This document shows, piece by piece, positions 9,306 to 19,141 of a stretch of 52,344 nt of DNA. The stretch is from positions 1 to 52,344 of the forward strand of contig JAFVFH010000036.1 in the NCBI GenBank assembly GCA_017475525.1. The letters run 5' to 3'. Position numbers and translations under genes: made by a program. The DNA comes from Alphaproteobacteria bacterium (GTDB lineage Bacteria > Pseudomonadota > Alphaproteobacteria > RF32 > CAG-239). Below the pieces are notes generated by a model that was given only the letters and a program-made list of their open reading frames with translations, was not told the DNA's origin and ran no database searches. Every line of letters starts with the position of its first letter. Positions within the stretch are counted from its first letter, which is position 1.

Positions 9306-10624
9306 AAATCAAACTTATTTCAAGGTTGCTGTTCGGGTTTATCCTTTCGGCGGTTTTTGCTTTTAGTGCAAACGCCGCACCGTCTTTGTTGACGGATGAT
9401 GAAACCGAAACGCTGATCAAAGAGATTGTCAAACCGATTTTTAAGGTGGCGAACGTTTCATTTGATGAAAACCGCATACACCTTTTAAATGATATGAGCT
9501 TAAATGCGTTTGTGAGCGACGGCAACCACTTGTTTGTGCATACGGGCACTATCTTAAAAGCCGAAAACGTGAATGAGATTTCGGGCATTTTAGCGCACGA
9601 AACGGGGCACATAGCCGGTGGGCACATTATGCGTCAAAAGCTTAAGATTCAAGATTTGCAAACCTTGTCAGCCATTTCGCTGATTGCGGCCGGAGGTGCG
9701 GCTGTGGCGTCGGGTAGGGGAGATGCGGCCATGGCCATTGCGCTCGGCTCTCACGGCTCACTCTTAAATTCACTGATGGCCTACCAGATGACGGAAGAAC
9801 GTAGCGCCGATGAGAGTGCGGTCAAATACTTGAAAGCGCTTCATCAGTCGCCGGCAGGGTTGAAAAATTTTATGAAAACGATTCAAAAAACAAACCGCTT
9901 GTCAGGTTATGAAGAAACGCCGTATTTTAGAACACACCCGATGAGCACTGAACGTATGGCGTTTTTTGAAAAAGCCTTAAAACAAAACGGCGGCAAAACG
10001 ACCTCTCCGCTTGATAAAGATTTTGAGTTTGTAAAAGCAAAACTTTTTGCTTTTTTGATGCCTCAAGAGCAAACATTGAAAAAATACCCTTTATCAGACA
10101 AAACAGATACGGCGGTGTATGCACATGCGGTTGTCAAATTCAAACAAAAAAAGTTTGCGGAAGCTGTTTTGCTGATGAATAATTTGATTGAAAGATATCC
10201 TTCAAACCCATATTTTTATCAGCTCAAAGGTCAGTTTTTGTTTGAAAGCGGCAAGCCGGGCGAAGCCTTAAAAGCCTACCAAAAAGCTTTAGAGTTCAAA
10301 CCGAACTCAAATGAAACGATGCTTTTATATGCCGAAAGCGCGATAGAAACAAATTTAAGCAAAACAGAGCTTCAAAATGTGATAGACATTTTGAACAAAC
10401 TTCAAATAAGGCAAGAAACACCGCGTGGCTGGGAGCTTTTAGCCAAAGCCTATTATCAAAAAGGGGTTGAGGCACAAAGCCTGTATGCTTCAGCAAAATA
10501 CAGCTTTTTAATCGGCAATGTGGAAATCGCTAAAAAGCAAATTAAAAAAGCCTTGAGCCTGAATCCCTCCGAGTCGCTTAAGCTCAAACTCAAAGATTTA
10601 GAAGAAGAGCTCAAAGAAGAATAG
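9281..10624 (+). CDS. Periplasmic M48-family zinc metalloprotease with C-terminal TPR repeats (BepA/YfgC-like)
   Basis: Signal peptide (AFSANA), HETGHIAGGH (HExxH), and a TPR-like C-terminal half. The start overlaps the rne 3' end by 25 nt. Confidence 0.75.
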   Translation: MVAQINRLKIKLISRLLFGFILSAVFAFSANAAPSLLTDDETETLIKEIVKPIFKVANVSFDENRIHLLNDMSLNAFVSDGNHLFVHTGTILKAENVNEISGILAHETGHIAGGHIMRQKLKIQDLQTLSAISLIAAGGAAVASGRGDAAMAIALGSHGSLLNSLMAYQMTEERSADESAVKYLKALHQSPAGLKNFMKTIQKTNRLSGYEETPYFRTHPMSTERMAFFEKALKQNGGKTTSPLDKDFEFVKAKLFAFLMPQEQTLKKYPLSDKTDTAVYAHAVVKFKQKKFAEAVLLMNNLIERYPSNPYFYQLKGQFLFESGKPGEALKAYQKALEFKPNSNETMLLYAESAIETNLSKTELQNVIDILNKLQIRQETPRGWELLAKAYYQKGVEAQSLYASAKYSFLIGNVEIAKKQIKKALSLNPSESLKLKLKDLEEELKEE

Positions 10625-10646
10625 TTTGTTGTTACGGCAAATAAGT

Positions 10647-11360
10647 TTATTTATACCGCAATCTAAATGTATTTCCCGCCGGTTTGGAAACTTTGGTCGC
10701 TTCTTCAAGGGTATAAATACGCTTCGGAATATAGTTTCCGTTTTGCATATCCTTAAAATTGGCATATTTTTTGCCGCTAACAGAGTATCTTCCGTCAGCA
10801 TCTATAGTATATACATGAACGCCGGACGGCTTGCCTAAAGCTTTAAGACACTGCGCCGCAAGATTTTCGGGACAATAAAGCGATGCGTCAGTGTAAAAGG
10901 CATGATCGTCAATATATGTTGTCCCTTGAGGAACGGCAATATTTTCTACAGCAGAATTCATAAAAGCCGCACTGCCGATACGTGTCACCGTTTCAGGAAT
11001 GATGATACTTGTTTCCGCCAATTGGTAAAAAGCTGCTGCCCCGATTGATTCAATACCCTCTGATATCTCAATTCTTGTGATATCAAGCGCATAAGTGCCC
11101 CACGGTGCCGATGTTATATGTTGGCTTGTCCAGTTATTGTAAGGTAATACATATGAGTCAACTTGTTGAGAATAATAATCATACATATCTCCCGTGCCGG
11201 AAATCTCGAGTTTCCCATCACTGTATAGTTTCCAAGTGCAATTATCGCCGCATTTTGTCGTCGCATCATTCGGGTCTGTTTGAGCAATAATTGTTATTTC
11301 ATCGTTTGCCAGTACATTAAAACTTAAAATTAGACCCAAAATTAAAACAGTTTTCTTCAT
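10647..11360 (-). CDS. Secreted BspA-type LRR protein with conserved C-terminal tail
   Basis: Signal peptide. CGDNCTWKLYSDGKLEISGTG..APWG opening followed by LRR_5-like repeats. Ends in KRIYTLEEATKVSKPAGNTFRLRYK. Confidence 0.8.
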   Translation of the reverse strand: MKKTVLILGLILSFNVLANDEITIIAQTDPNDATTKCGDNCTWKLYSDGKLEISGTGDMYDYYSQQVDSYVLPYNNWTSQHITSAPWGTYALDITRIEISEGIESIGAAAFYQLAETSIIIPETVTRIGSAAFMNSAVENIAVPQGTTYIDDHAFYTDASLYCPENLAAQCLKALGKPSGVHVYTIDADGRYSVSGKKYANFKDMQNGNYIPKRIYTLEEATKVSKPAGNTFRLRYK

Positions 11361-11383
11361 AGTTTTTCTCCTGCATGATAAAT

Positions 11384-11543
11384 AAAAAAAACCACCTTGA
11401 AAAATCCAAAGTGGGAGCCCTAAAAACTGTCGCAGACAGACTCTCTTATTCGCCGCAAAATTGCGCTTATCTCGAGAACTCCCATTAAAAGGAGCTGTTC
11501 TGCGAAGATGTTTTTAGGAACACCATAGCCAACTCGGCTACAT
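11384..11543 (-). promoter_or_regulatory. Structured leader RNA, copy A (unclassified motif ending in an intrinsic terminator)
   Basis: Promoter TTGACT(11572-11577)-17-CAAAAT(11549-11554). Shares with copies B, C and D: two 5' hairpins, CUCC/GGAG hairpin, GAnAUAAG-hairpin-CGAAUAA, CUGU/ACAG hairpin, GCUCCC, then CCACTTTG/CAAGGTGG followed by T8. Confidence 0.7.
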
Positions 11544-11710
11544 TTTTTATTTTGCCATATTTGATTTTAAAAGTCAAAGAAAAAATATTAAAAAAAGACT
11601 TGATTTTTGCTTAAAATCGTGTATAAGCTCTTTTCTGTTAACCGGCGGAGCGGGCGAAATGGCATGCCTGACCGCTTGAATATCAATCCATTTTTATGAA
11701 GGAAGATAAA

Positions 11711-11908
11711 ATGCCAAAATTAAAAACAAAAAGTTCCGCGAAAAAACGCTTCAGCGTGACAAGTACCGGAAAATTAAAAAAGAATGCCGCGTTCAAAAGA
11801 CACCTCCTCTTTAACAAAGGCACAAAAATGAAAAGACAAGCAAGAGGCACATCTCTTGTCAGTGAGTCTGATGTTCAAATTGTTAAAAAGTTTTTACCGT
11901 ATTTATAA
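11711..11908 (+). CDS. rpmI: 50S ribosomal protein L35
   Basis: [14 protein letters not shown]... with an AAGGAAG RBS. Start moved from 11696 to 11711. Possible promoter TTGATT-16-TATAAG about 90 nt upstream. Confidence 0.9.
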   Translation: MPKLKTKSSAKKRFSVTSTGKLKKNAAFKRHLLFNKGTKMKRQARGTSLVSESDVQIVKKFLPYL

Positions 11909-11920
11909 GGAGGATTTGTT

Positions 11921-12277
11921 ATGTCACGTATGAAAAGAGGTATGACCGCACACGCTCGTCACAAGAAAATTTTATCTATGGCGAAAGGTTACAGAGGTCG
12001 CAATAAAAACGTATTCAGAGTTGCAGTTGAAAAGGTTGAGAAAGGTTTGCAATATGCATATCGTGATCGCCGTGCAAAAAAGAGAAGCTTCCGCGCACTG
12101 TGGATTCAACGCATCAATGCAGCCACACGTTTGCATGATATGACTTATTCTCGATTTATCAGCGGGCTTATCAAAGCCGGTATTGAACTTGATCGTAAAG
12201 TTCTCGCTGATATCGCTTTGAAAGAGCCCAAAGCTTTTGCTAAGCTTGTCGATTCTGCCAAAGCAGCTCTTAAATAA
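11921..12277 (+). CDS. rplT: 50S ribosomal protein L20
   Basis: [34 protein letters not shown]. Sits immediately after rpmI. Confidence 0.95.
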   Translation: MSRMKRGMTAHARHKKILSMAKGYRGRNKNVFRVAVEKVEKGLQYAYRDRRAKKRSFRALWIQRINAATRLHDMTYSRFISGLIKAGIELDRKVLADIALKEPKAFAKLVDSAKAALK

Positions 12278-12303
12278 GAAGTAAAAAGTCATTTTAAGAA
12301 AAA

Positions 12304-12338
12304 AGAGTTATCTTGGCAGATCAAGATAGCTCTTTTTT
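12304..12338 (+). terminator. Strong hairpin plus T-run between rplT and pheS
   Basis: 12-bp stem AGAGTTATCTTG / CAAGATAGCTCT followed by T6. The pheS ATG is only 20 nt downstream. Confidence 0.6.
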
Positions 12339-12358
12339 ATGTTTTTAAGGTTAAAATC

Positions 12359-13468
12359 ATGGAAGATATAAAAGATATAGAACAGCGTATTTTAGAAGAA
12401 GTCAGCAAGGCATCTGACTTGAAAGCTCTTGATGAAATCCGCGTTTCGGCAATGGGCAAAAAAGGTGAAATTACCGAAATGATGAAAACATTGGGGCAAA
12501 TGAGTGCAGATGAACGCATTGAAACAGCTAAAAAATTAAATTTGCTTAAATCTGCCGTTGAGGAGGCTTTATCAAAGCGCAAAGATATTTTGGAAAACGA
12601 GGCATTAAACGCTAAATTGGCTTGTGAAAAAATAGATGTCACATTGCCGTGCCGTCCTGAAACACAAGGGCGCATTCACCCCGTTTCAAAAATTTATGAA
12701 GAAGTGGCGGCGATATTTGGCGAGCTCGGTTTTGAAGTTGCCGAAGGTCCTTCAATTGAAGACCAGTTCCATAACTTTAATGCTTTGAATATGCCCCTAA
12801 ATCACCCTGCGCGCCAAATGCAGGATACCTTTTATATTGCCCATGATAAAGATAAGCCTTTTGAAATGGATGATGCTTATGTTGTGCGCACTCACACATC
12901 AGGTATGCAAATCCGCACGATGGAAAACAAAAAACCGCCGATCAGAATCATTGCCCCCGGCAGAACATATCGCTCGGATTTTGACGCCACGCACACGCCG
13001 ATGTTTCACCAGGTTGAAGGGTTGGTGATTGATAAAACAACAACGCTTGCTCACCTCAAGGGTTGTTTGTATGATTTTGTGAAAGCCTTCTTTGAACTTG
13101 ATGATATTCCGGTGCGTTACCGTCCGTCATATTTTCCGTTTACCGAGCCGTCGGCTGAAATGGATATCGGTTGCTTAAAAACAAAAACAGAGCTCAAAAT
13201 CGGTGCCGGCAATGATTGGTTGGAGATTTTGGGTTGCGGTATGGTTCATCCGAATGTCTTAAAAGCAGGCGGTATTGACCCTGATGAGTATCAAGGTTTT
13301 GCTTTCGGCGTCGGTTTAGACAGACTTGCAATGCTTAAATACGGCATTCCTGATTTACGCACATTTTTTGAATCAGATGTCAGATGGATGAAAAATTATG
13401 GTTTTGCGCCGCTTGATTTTTCATCTTTGACAGGTGGCTTGAGCAACAACGGAGGGCAACTCAGATGA
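12359..13468 (+). CDS. pheS: Phenylalanine--tRNA ligase alpha subunit
   Basis: Class II core motifs (HPARQMQDTFY, RTHTS, FRPSYFPFTEPS, GFAFGVGLDRLAML). Overlaps pheT by 4 nt. Confidence 0.95.
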   Translation: MEDIKDIEQRILEEVSKASDLKALDEIRVSAMGKKGEITEMMKTLGQMSADERIETAKKLNLLKSAVEEALSKRKDILENEALNAKLACEKIDVTLPCRPETQGRIHPVSKIYEEVAAIFGELGFEVAEGPSIEDQFHNFNALNMPLNHPARQMQDTFYIAHDKDKPFEMDDAYVVRTHTSGMQIRTMENKKPPIRIIAPGRTYRSDFDATHTPMFHQVEGLVIDKTTTLAHLKGCLYDFVKAFFELDDIPVRYRPSYFPFTEPSAEMDIGCLKTKTELKIGAGNDWLEILGCGMVHPNVLKAGGIDPDEYQGFAFGVGLDRLAMLKYGIPDLRTFFESDVRWMKNYGFAPLDFSSLTGGLSNNGGQLR

Positions 13469-15858
13469 AATTAACATTATCATGGCTTAAAGAACATTTA
13501 GATACAACGGCTGATTTAAATACGATTGTTAAAACATTAACGCGTATTGGCTTGGAAGTTGAAGAAGTTTATAATCCGGCAGAAAATTTAAAAGGTTTTA
13601 TCACAGCTCGTGCCGAAAATGTGACCATGCACCCCGATTCTGATCACTTGCATGTTTTAACCGTCAATACAGGCAAAGAAAAGTTGCAGGTTGTTTGCGG
13701 TGCGCCGAATGTCAAAGAAGGTCTTATCGGTATTTTTGCGCCTGTCGGCACAAATATTCCGTGCTATAATGAGGTTTTAAAAGTGGGCAAAATCCGCGGC
13801 GTTGAAAGCTTTGGAATGATGTGTTCGGAAAAAGAGCTTTGCGTTGGTGAAGACCACACAGGTATTATTGAATTGCCGCAAGATACAAAAATCGGTCTTC
13901 CGGCCTCAGAGGTTTTAAATATTGACCCCGTCATTGAAATAGCCATCACCCCGAACAGGGCAGAATGTTTAGGTGTCAGAGGTGTGGCGCGTGATTTGGC
14001 GGCAGCAGGACTGGGCACATTAAAATCGTTGGAAATCGAAAAAATCAAAGGCACATTTGAAAGCCCGATTAAAGTCAAAGTTTTATGTCAGGACGAATGC
14101 CCGACTTATGTCGGAAGATACATTAAAAATGTTGATAACACACGACAAACACCAAAATGGATGAAAGACCGCTTAACAGCCATCGGCTTGCGTTCTATCT
14201 CGCCGCTTGTTGATGTAACAAACTATATCAACTATGATTTGGCGCGTCCTTTGCATGTTTTTGATGCCGATAAAATCAAAGGCGACATAACTGTTCGTAT
14301 GTGCAAAGAAAATGAGCATTTCGTGGCTTTAGATGAAAAAGAATATGATTTAGACACGCTTTCGCTCGGTATTTGTGATGACGAAGGCATTGAGTGTTTG
14401 GGCGGCATTATGGGCGGTTTAAGCAAAGGTTGCTCAGCGGATACAAAAAATGTTTTCTTGGAATGTGCTTTGTTCAAGCCTCAATGCATTGCAAGGACAG
14501 GACGCAAATTTGCCATTGAATCAGACTCGCGCTATCGCTCTGAACGCTGGGTTGACCCGAAATCAAATGTTTTAGGCTCTGATTATGCCACACAGCTCAT
14601 CACCGAGATTTGCGGCGGTGAAGTTTCGGAAGTGATGATTGAAGGTGATGAAAATGCCGCGCCTCAAGTGGCATATATCCGCCCATCACGCATGAAAACA
14701 TTTGTCGGTATGGAAGTGGCTCAAGAAAAAATCATTGAGATTTTGAGCCGTTTAGGTTTCAAAACCTCTGTTGAGGGGGATAAAATCAAAGCTGTTTCAC
14801 CTTCTTGGCGCGGAGATATTGAGTGCGAACAAGATCTGATTGAAGAGGTGGTGCGTATGATTGGCTTAGATGAGATTGAACCTCAATCTATGCCTCATGA
14901 TCAGTTCCCGAAACAAGTTTTGACGCCGGCTCAACAGCGAGTTGTTACAGTCAAACACGAGCTCGCCTTGAGAGGTATGTATGAAACGGTCACATGGAGC
15001 TTTACATCATCAAAATTGGCCGATGTTTTTCATAAAAGCAATCAAACAGATGTTGTGCTCATTGCAAACCCGATTTCGGCTGATTTGGATGAGATGAGAC
15101 CGTCATTGTTGCCAAACCTTTTGATGGGTGCGAAAAATAACATTGCACACGGCTATGCCAATATGTCGATTTTTGAGGTGGGACCTGAGTTTTACGGGCG
15201 TCATCCGAAAGAAGAAACAAATGTGGCAACAGGAATCCGTGTCGGTTTAACAAGTGATAAGGATTGGAGCAAAACAAGTCGCCCGTTTGATGTGTTTGAT
15301 GCAAAAGCCGATGCTTTAGCTACGATTGCGGCGGCCAAAGGTCCGATAGATAATCCGCAGATAACTTTAGATGCGCCTGCCTACTATCACCCCGGTCGCA
15401 GCGGCACGATTCGTCTAGGAAAAAATGTGCTTGCATATTTTGGCGAATTACACCCGAGCGTGTTGAAAAAGTTTGGCTTAAAAACGCGCGTTGTGGCGTT
15501 TGAAGTCTATCTTGACAATATCCCGTTGCCGCGAGCCACGCATGATAAATCAAAGAAAAAACTTGAGCTTTCGGCTTTTCAACCGGTTGTTAAAGATTTG
15601 GCTTTTGTGGTAGATGAAAATGTCTCGGCAGCAGCTGTTTTGGCAGCGGCGAAAAATGCGGACAGAAACCTGATAACAGAAGTCAGATTGTTTGACCTTT
15701 ACGAGGGTGAAAACCTTCCTCAAGGCAAAAAATCGCTTGCGATATCTGTGGTATTCCAGCCGAATGAGCAAACATTTACCGATAAAGATATTGAAAATTT
15801 GATGAATAAGGTCATCGTGAATGTGAACAAAAACACGGGCGGTGAACTTCGAGCTTAA
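13465..15858 (+). CDS. pheT: Phenylalanine--tRNA ligase beta subunit
   Basis: 797 aa. N-terminus MKLTLSWLKEHL. tRNA-binding, B3/4, B5 and FDX-ACB regions in canonical order. Confidence 0.95.
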   Translation: MKLTLSWLKEHLDTTADLNTIVKTLTRIGLEVEEVYNPAENLKGFITARAENVTMHPDSDHLHVLTVNTGKEKLQVVCGAPNVKEGLIGIFAPVGTNIPCYNEVLKVGKIRGVESFGMMCSEKELCVGEDHTGIIELPQDTKIGLPASEVLNIDPVIEIAITPNRAECLGVRGVARDLAAAGLGTLKSLEIEKIKGTFESPIKVKVLCQDECPTYVGRYIKNVDNTRQTPKWMKDRLTAIGLRSISPLVDVTNYINYDLARPLHVFDADKIKGDITVRMCKENEHFVALDEKEYDLDTLSLGICDDEGIECLGGIMGGLSKGCSADTKNVFLECALFKPQCIARTGRKFAIESDSRYRSERWVDPKSNVLGSDYATQLITEICGGEVSEVMIEGDENAAPQVAYIRPSRMKTFVGMEVAQEKIIEILSRLGFKTSVEGDKIKAVSPSWRGDIECEQDLIEEVVRMIGLDEIEPQSMPHDQFPKQVLTPAQQRVVTVKHELALRGMYETVTWSFTSSKLADVFHKSNQTDVVLIANPISADLDEMRPSLLPNLLMGAKNNIAHGYANMSIFEVGPEFYGRHPKEETNVATGIRVGLTSDKDWSKTSRPFDVFDAKADALATIAAAKGPIDNPQITLDAPAYYHPGRSGTIRLGKNVLAYFGELHPSVLKKFGLKTRVVAFEVYLDNIPLPRATHDKSKKKLELSAFQPVVKDLAFVVDENVSAAAVLAAAKNADRNLITEVRLFDLYEGENLPQGKKSLAISVVFQPNEQTFTDKDIENLMNKVIVNVNKNTGGELRA

Positions 15859-15873
15859 TAAAAGGAAAAGATT

Positions 15874-17382
15874 ATGACACTTAAAACAAAAAGAGCAGAA
15901 AATTATCCTGCATGGTATCAATGCGTTGTTTCAGAAGCCGATATGGCCGAAAACTCCGTTTCGCCGGGGTGTATGGTTATCAAACCTTGGGGATACGGCA
16001 TTTGGGAGCGCATTCGCGATTTGATGGACGAAGAATTTCGTCAAACCGACCATGAAAACGCATATTTTCCGCTTTTTATTCCGATTTCTTTTTTCAGAAA
16101 AGAAGCCGAGCACGTTGAGGGTTTTGCTAAAGAAATGGCTGTTGTGACACACTCAAGGCTAGAGCAAGTTGATGGCACATTGCAGCCGGCAGGCGAGCTT
16201 GACGAGCCTTTGATTGTGCGCCCGACCTCCGAGACGATTATTGCCGATTCTTTTTCAAAATGGGTGAAATCATATCGTGATTTGCCGGTTTTGATCAACC
16301 AATGGGCAAATGTTGTGCGTTGGGAGTTAAGACCGCGTTTGTTCTTGCGTACGCGTGAGTTTTTGTGGCAAGAGGGACACACGGCACATGCCTCTGCCGA
16401 AGATGCCGAAACAGAAACAAAACGTATGCTTGAGGTTTATCGCAAAACCTGTGAAGAGTTTTTGGCGATGCCTGTCATTGAAGGGGTTAAGCCTGAATAT
16501 GACAAATTCCCCGGTGCGGTTGATACTTATTGCGTTGAAGCCATGATGCAGGACGGCAAAGCCTTGCAGGCCGGCACATCGCACTTTTTGGGACAAAACT
16601 TTGCAAAATCGGCAAACATCAGCTTTATCAACAAAGAAAACAAGCCCGAATTTGCATATACAACCTCATGGGGTGTTTCAACAAGACTTATCGGCGGTGT
16701 GATTATGACGCACGCCGATGATGAAGGCATGGTTGTGCCACCTCGTATTGCGCCTTATCAGGTCATTTTCGTGCCGGTGATTAAAAAAGCCGAAGATGAA
16801 GAAAAGGTGATGGCTTATATCAACGAAGTGGCGCTTGAACTCAAAAAACAAACACCTTTCGGTGAAAAAATCCGCATCAAGATTGACAAGCGTAACAAAC
16901 AAGCCGTTGACAAGTTTTGGGAGTGGACGAGAAAAGGTGCGCCCGTGATTTGCGAAATCGGTTTAAGAGATATTGAAAACAATGCTATGATGGTCCGTGA
17001 GCGTTTGAACATCGGCGCCAAAGAGATTGTTTCAAAAGCTGATTTTGTGGCAACGATTCCAAGCCGCTTAGAAAAAATTCAAAAAGAGCTGTTTGACCGC
17101 GCCAAAGCGCGTATGGATCAAAATATCCGCACAGATATCTCAAGTCCTGAAGAATTTAAGGCCTATTTTTCAAATTCAAACGAGTGGATTGAAGACGGAA
17201 AGGTTGGCAAAGTTGCCTTTGTGAAAGGCAAATGGAGCGGCGATGAAAAAACGGAAGAACTCTTAAAAGAGCTCAAGATTGCCATTCGCTGCCTGCCTTT
17301 AGAGCAATCAGGCACAAAGGGCAAATGCTTGCTGACAGGCAAAGATGCCACGATAGATGTGATTTACGCAAGGAGTTATTAA
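15874..17382 (+). CDS. proS: Proline--tRNA ligase (archaeal/eukaryote-like type lacking the INS domain)
   Basis: YPAWYQCVVSEADMAE, IRPTSET, FLRTREFLWQEGHT, TSWGVSTR, and a C-terminal ...ARSY. Confidence 0.9.
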   Translation: MTLKTKRAENYPAWYQCVVSEADMAENSVSPGCMVIKPWGYGIWERIRDLMDEEFRQTDHENAYFPLFIPISFFRKEAEHVEGFAKEMAVVTHSRLEQVDGTLQPAGELDEPLIVRPTSETIIADSFSKWVKSYRDLPVLINQWANVVRWELRPRLFLRTREFLWQEGHTAHASAEDAETETKRMLEVYRKTCEEFLAMPVIEGVKPEYDKFPGAVDTYCVEAMMQDGKALQAGTSHFLGQNFAKSANISFINKENKPEFAYTTSWGVSTRLIGGVIMTHADDEGMVVPPRIAPYQVIFVPVIKKAEDEEKVMAYINEVALELKKQTPFGEKIRIKIDKRNKQAVDKFWEWTRKGAPVICEIGLRDIENNAMMVRERLNIGAKEIVSKADFVATIPSRLEKIQKELFDRAKARMDQNIRTDISSPEEFKAYFSNSNEWIEDGKVGKVAFVKGKWSGDEKTEELLKELKIAIRCLPLEQSGTKGKCLLTGKDATIDVIYARSY

Positions 17383-17387
17383 ATTGA

Positions 17388-17414
17388 CAAAAAGAGACCT
17401 TCGGGTCTTTTTTT
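17388..17414 (+). terminator. Rho-independent terminator after proS
   Basis: GAGACC-ttcg-GGTCT(T) followed by a T-run. Confidence 0.8.
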
Positions 17415-17477
17415 GTTGAATAATAATAAAAAATTTTGTATAATAAGATAAGTATATGCCCCTTGAGGAGAAATCAG

Positions 17478-19064
17478 ATGACAGATGAGAAAGAAAACAG
17501 AGTAGCCAAACGAGCGCCCGACGGTTATCGCACGATTACTTATCAAGTCGATACGCTTTCCTCAAAAGCCAATGCGGCGGCATACTACCAATCAAGGAGC
17601 AATGCGATTACATCAAATTATGTTATCGGGCAGGATAACACATACAATCAAAGCGATGAAGTCTTGATTCATGAACAAAAGCATCGTAGCAATCAAGAAA
17701 AGGGGTTGTATGCCTATGCCGTCAATTCTGAACAGGCCTATAAATTGCAAATGCATGATGAAATTTCGGCAACAATGGCTTCGATTATTGCCTCGCGGCA
17801 AAAATATCTTGAAACGGGCGATATTTCTGTTTTTGATAACAACTATAATGCTAAATTTTACGCTGACGCTATTAAAAACGGAGAAGTTAATCCTTTCAGC
17901 GATAAAAAAGAAGATTTTGATAAAGAGATGCATTTAATCATGAACGGCACACAAAAATTTTGGTGTGAGAAAAAAGGTTTATCCGATACATACATGAGAG
18001 TATGTGCCACAAACGGATGTATCAGAGCCGAACTTGACGGTAAACACGCGGCTTTTTATGATGAAAATTATGAGCGTGGTAAAAAGATTTGTTATAACAT
18101 CGGCGGTGTTGACTTTACGCAATATATGGATCATGATGTTGAAATACCGGCAGAAGGGCAAAATATGCTCAATGCGAAAATCAATGATAAAATCCAGAAA
18201 ACAGGATATGAACACCTTTCGCATGAAGATTTGGCCATGTTTTACGATGTGCCGGTATATGACGGGAAAATGAGCTTGCAACAATATCAAGATTTGGTGC
18301 AACAAACACTTGCGATGAACAAGGCCTTTAACATCAATAATTCGTCTGTGTTAAGTACGGGAGAAACCGTTGCTACATATGAAAAAACAATGCTGGCTCA
18401 TGCAACGCTGAACAACGAAGGTCTTCAATATGCGCAAAGCGAATATAAAAATGCCATGGAAAGTGCCTTGCCCGTTGCTCAAAATATCACAACAGCGTTG
18501 GCCGAAGAATATAGAGATAAAGGGATAAAAGTCGGTTCAGGCGATAATGAGGCTTATCAGCAGGCTTTGCAAAAGCTGTATACATATTCATATGACAGTT
18601 CAAATATGATAAATTGTGTGCAATATACGGGAGATGTCAATGTTTCCGAAGCGTTAAATCCACAGCAAACACAATATTCATCTGCGATATCGCAGACAGC
18701 TCAGGATGTTCAAAATCTCAGCAAATGGGCGGTTAAGAAGAATCGCGTGTCTCATGTTTTGTATATGAATTTAGGCCCCGAGGTCAAAAACGAACCGGTG
18801 CGAAAAGCAAACAGAGGCTTGCCGCAATATAGAACATGGCAAGATCAAGACGGTTCACGCGTTTCCGAGGTGCAATACAGAGATGTTTTGGATATGAACC
18901 AACCGATTATTAAACAGCCCTCTGCTCAAAGTGCTGAAAACAATAAAACATTGGCAGAGCTTTTGTTGGAAAAGACCGGACGGAAAGATAATCGTTCAGA
19001 TGCGCCCGTTTCTCGTATCACAGATGCGCCTGTATACGTGGTTAAGAAAATAAACACGCGGTAA
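17478..19064 (+). CDS. Hypothetical Q/N/Y-rich protein with an HExxH motif and no signal peptide
   Basis: Own promoter (TTGAAT-17-TATAAT) and GAGGAG RBS before ATG 17478; the 17436 start in the ORF track is TTG. Contains LIHEQKHR. No family recognised. Confidence 0.6.
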   Translation: MTDEKENRVAKRAPDGYRTITYQVDTLSSKANAAAYYQSRSNAITSNYVIGQDNTYNQSDEVLIHEQKHRSNQEKGLYAYAVNSEQAYKLQMHDEISATMASIIASRQKYLETGDISVFDNNYNAKFYADAIKNGEVNPFSDKKEDFDKEMHLIMNGTQKFWCEKKGLSDTYMRVCATNGCIRAELDGKHAAFYDENYERGKKICYNIGGVDFTQYMDHDVEIPAEGQNMLNAKINDKIQKTGYEHLSHEDLAMFYDVPVYDGKMSLQQYQDLVQQTLAMNKAFNINNSSVLSTGETVATYEKTMLAHATLNNEGLQYAQSEYKNAMESALPVAQNITTALAEEYRDKGIKVGSGDNEAYQQALQKLYTYSYDSSNMINCVQYTGDVNVSEALNPQQTQYSSAISQTAQDVQNLSKWAVKKNRVSHVLYMNLGPEVKNEPVRKANRGLPQYRTWQDQDGSRVSEVQYRDVLDMNQPIIKQPSAQSAENNKTLAELLLEKTGRKDNRSDAPVSRITDAPVYVVKKINTR

Positions 19065-19092
19065 TATTTTTATTCAAATAAAAAAAAGAAAC

Positions 19093-19122
19093 AAAAAAAG
19101 AGGTCGTCAAGACCTCTTTTTT
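19093..19122. terminator. Bidirectional terminator; identical copy at 21085..21113
   Basis: A-run, AGAGGTC-gtcaa-GACCTCT, T-run. Confidence 0.8.
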
Positions 19123-19141
19123 GATTGCTTATATTGAAATA

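Noticed and set aside
12339-12371. Phe-rich leader peptide for pheST attenuation (MFLRLKSWKI)
   Set aside because: It has only one Phe codon, lies downstream of the hairpin rather than upstream, and overlaps the pheS start. It does not fit a ribosome-stalling attenuation model.
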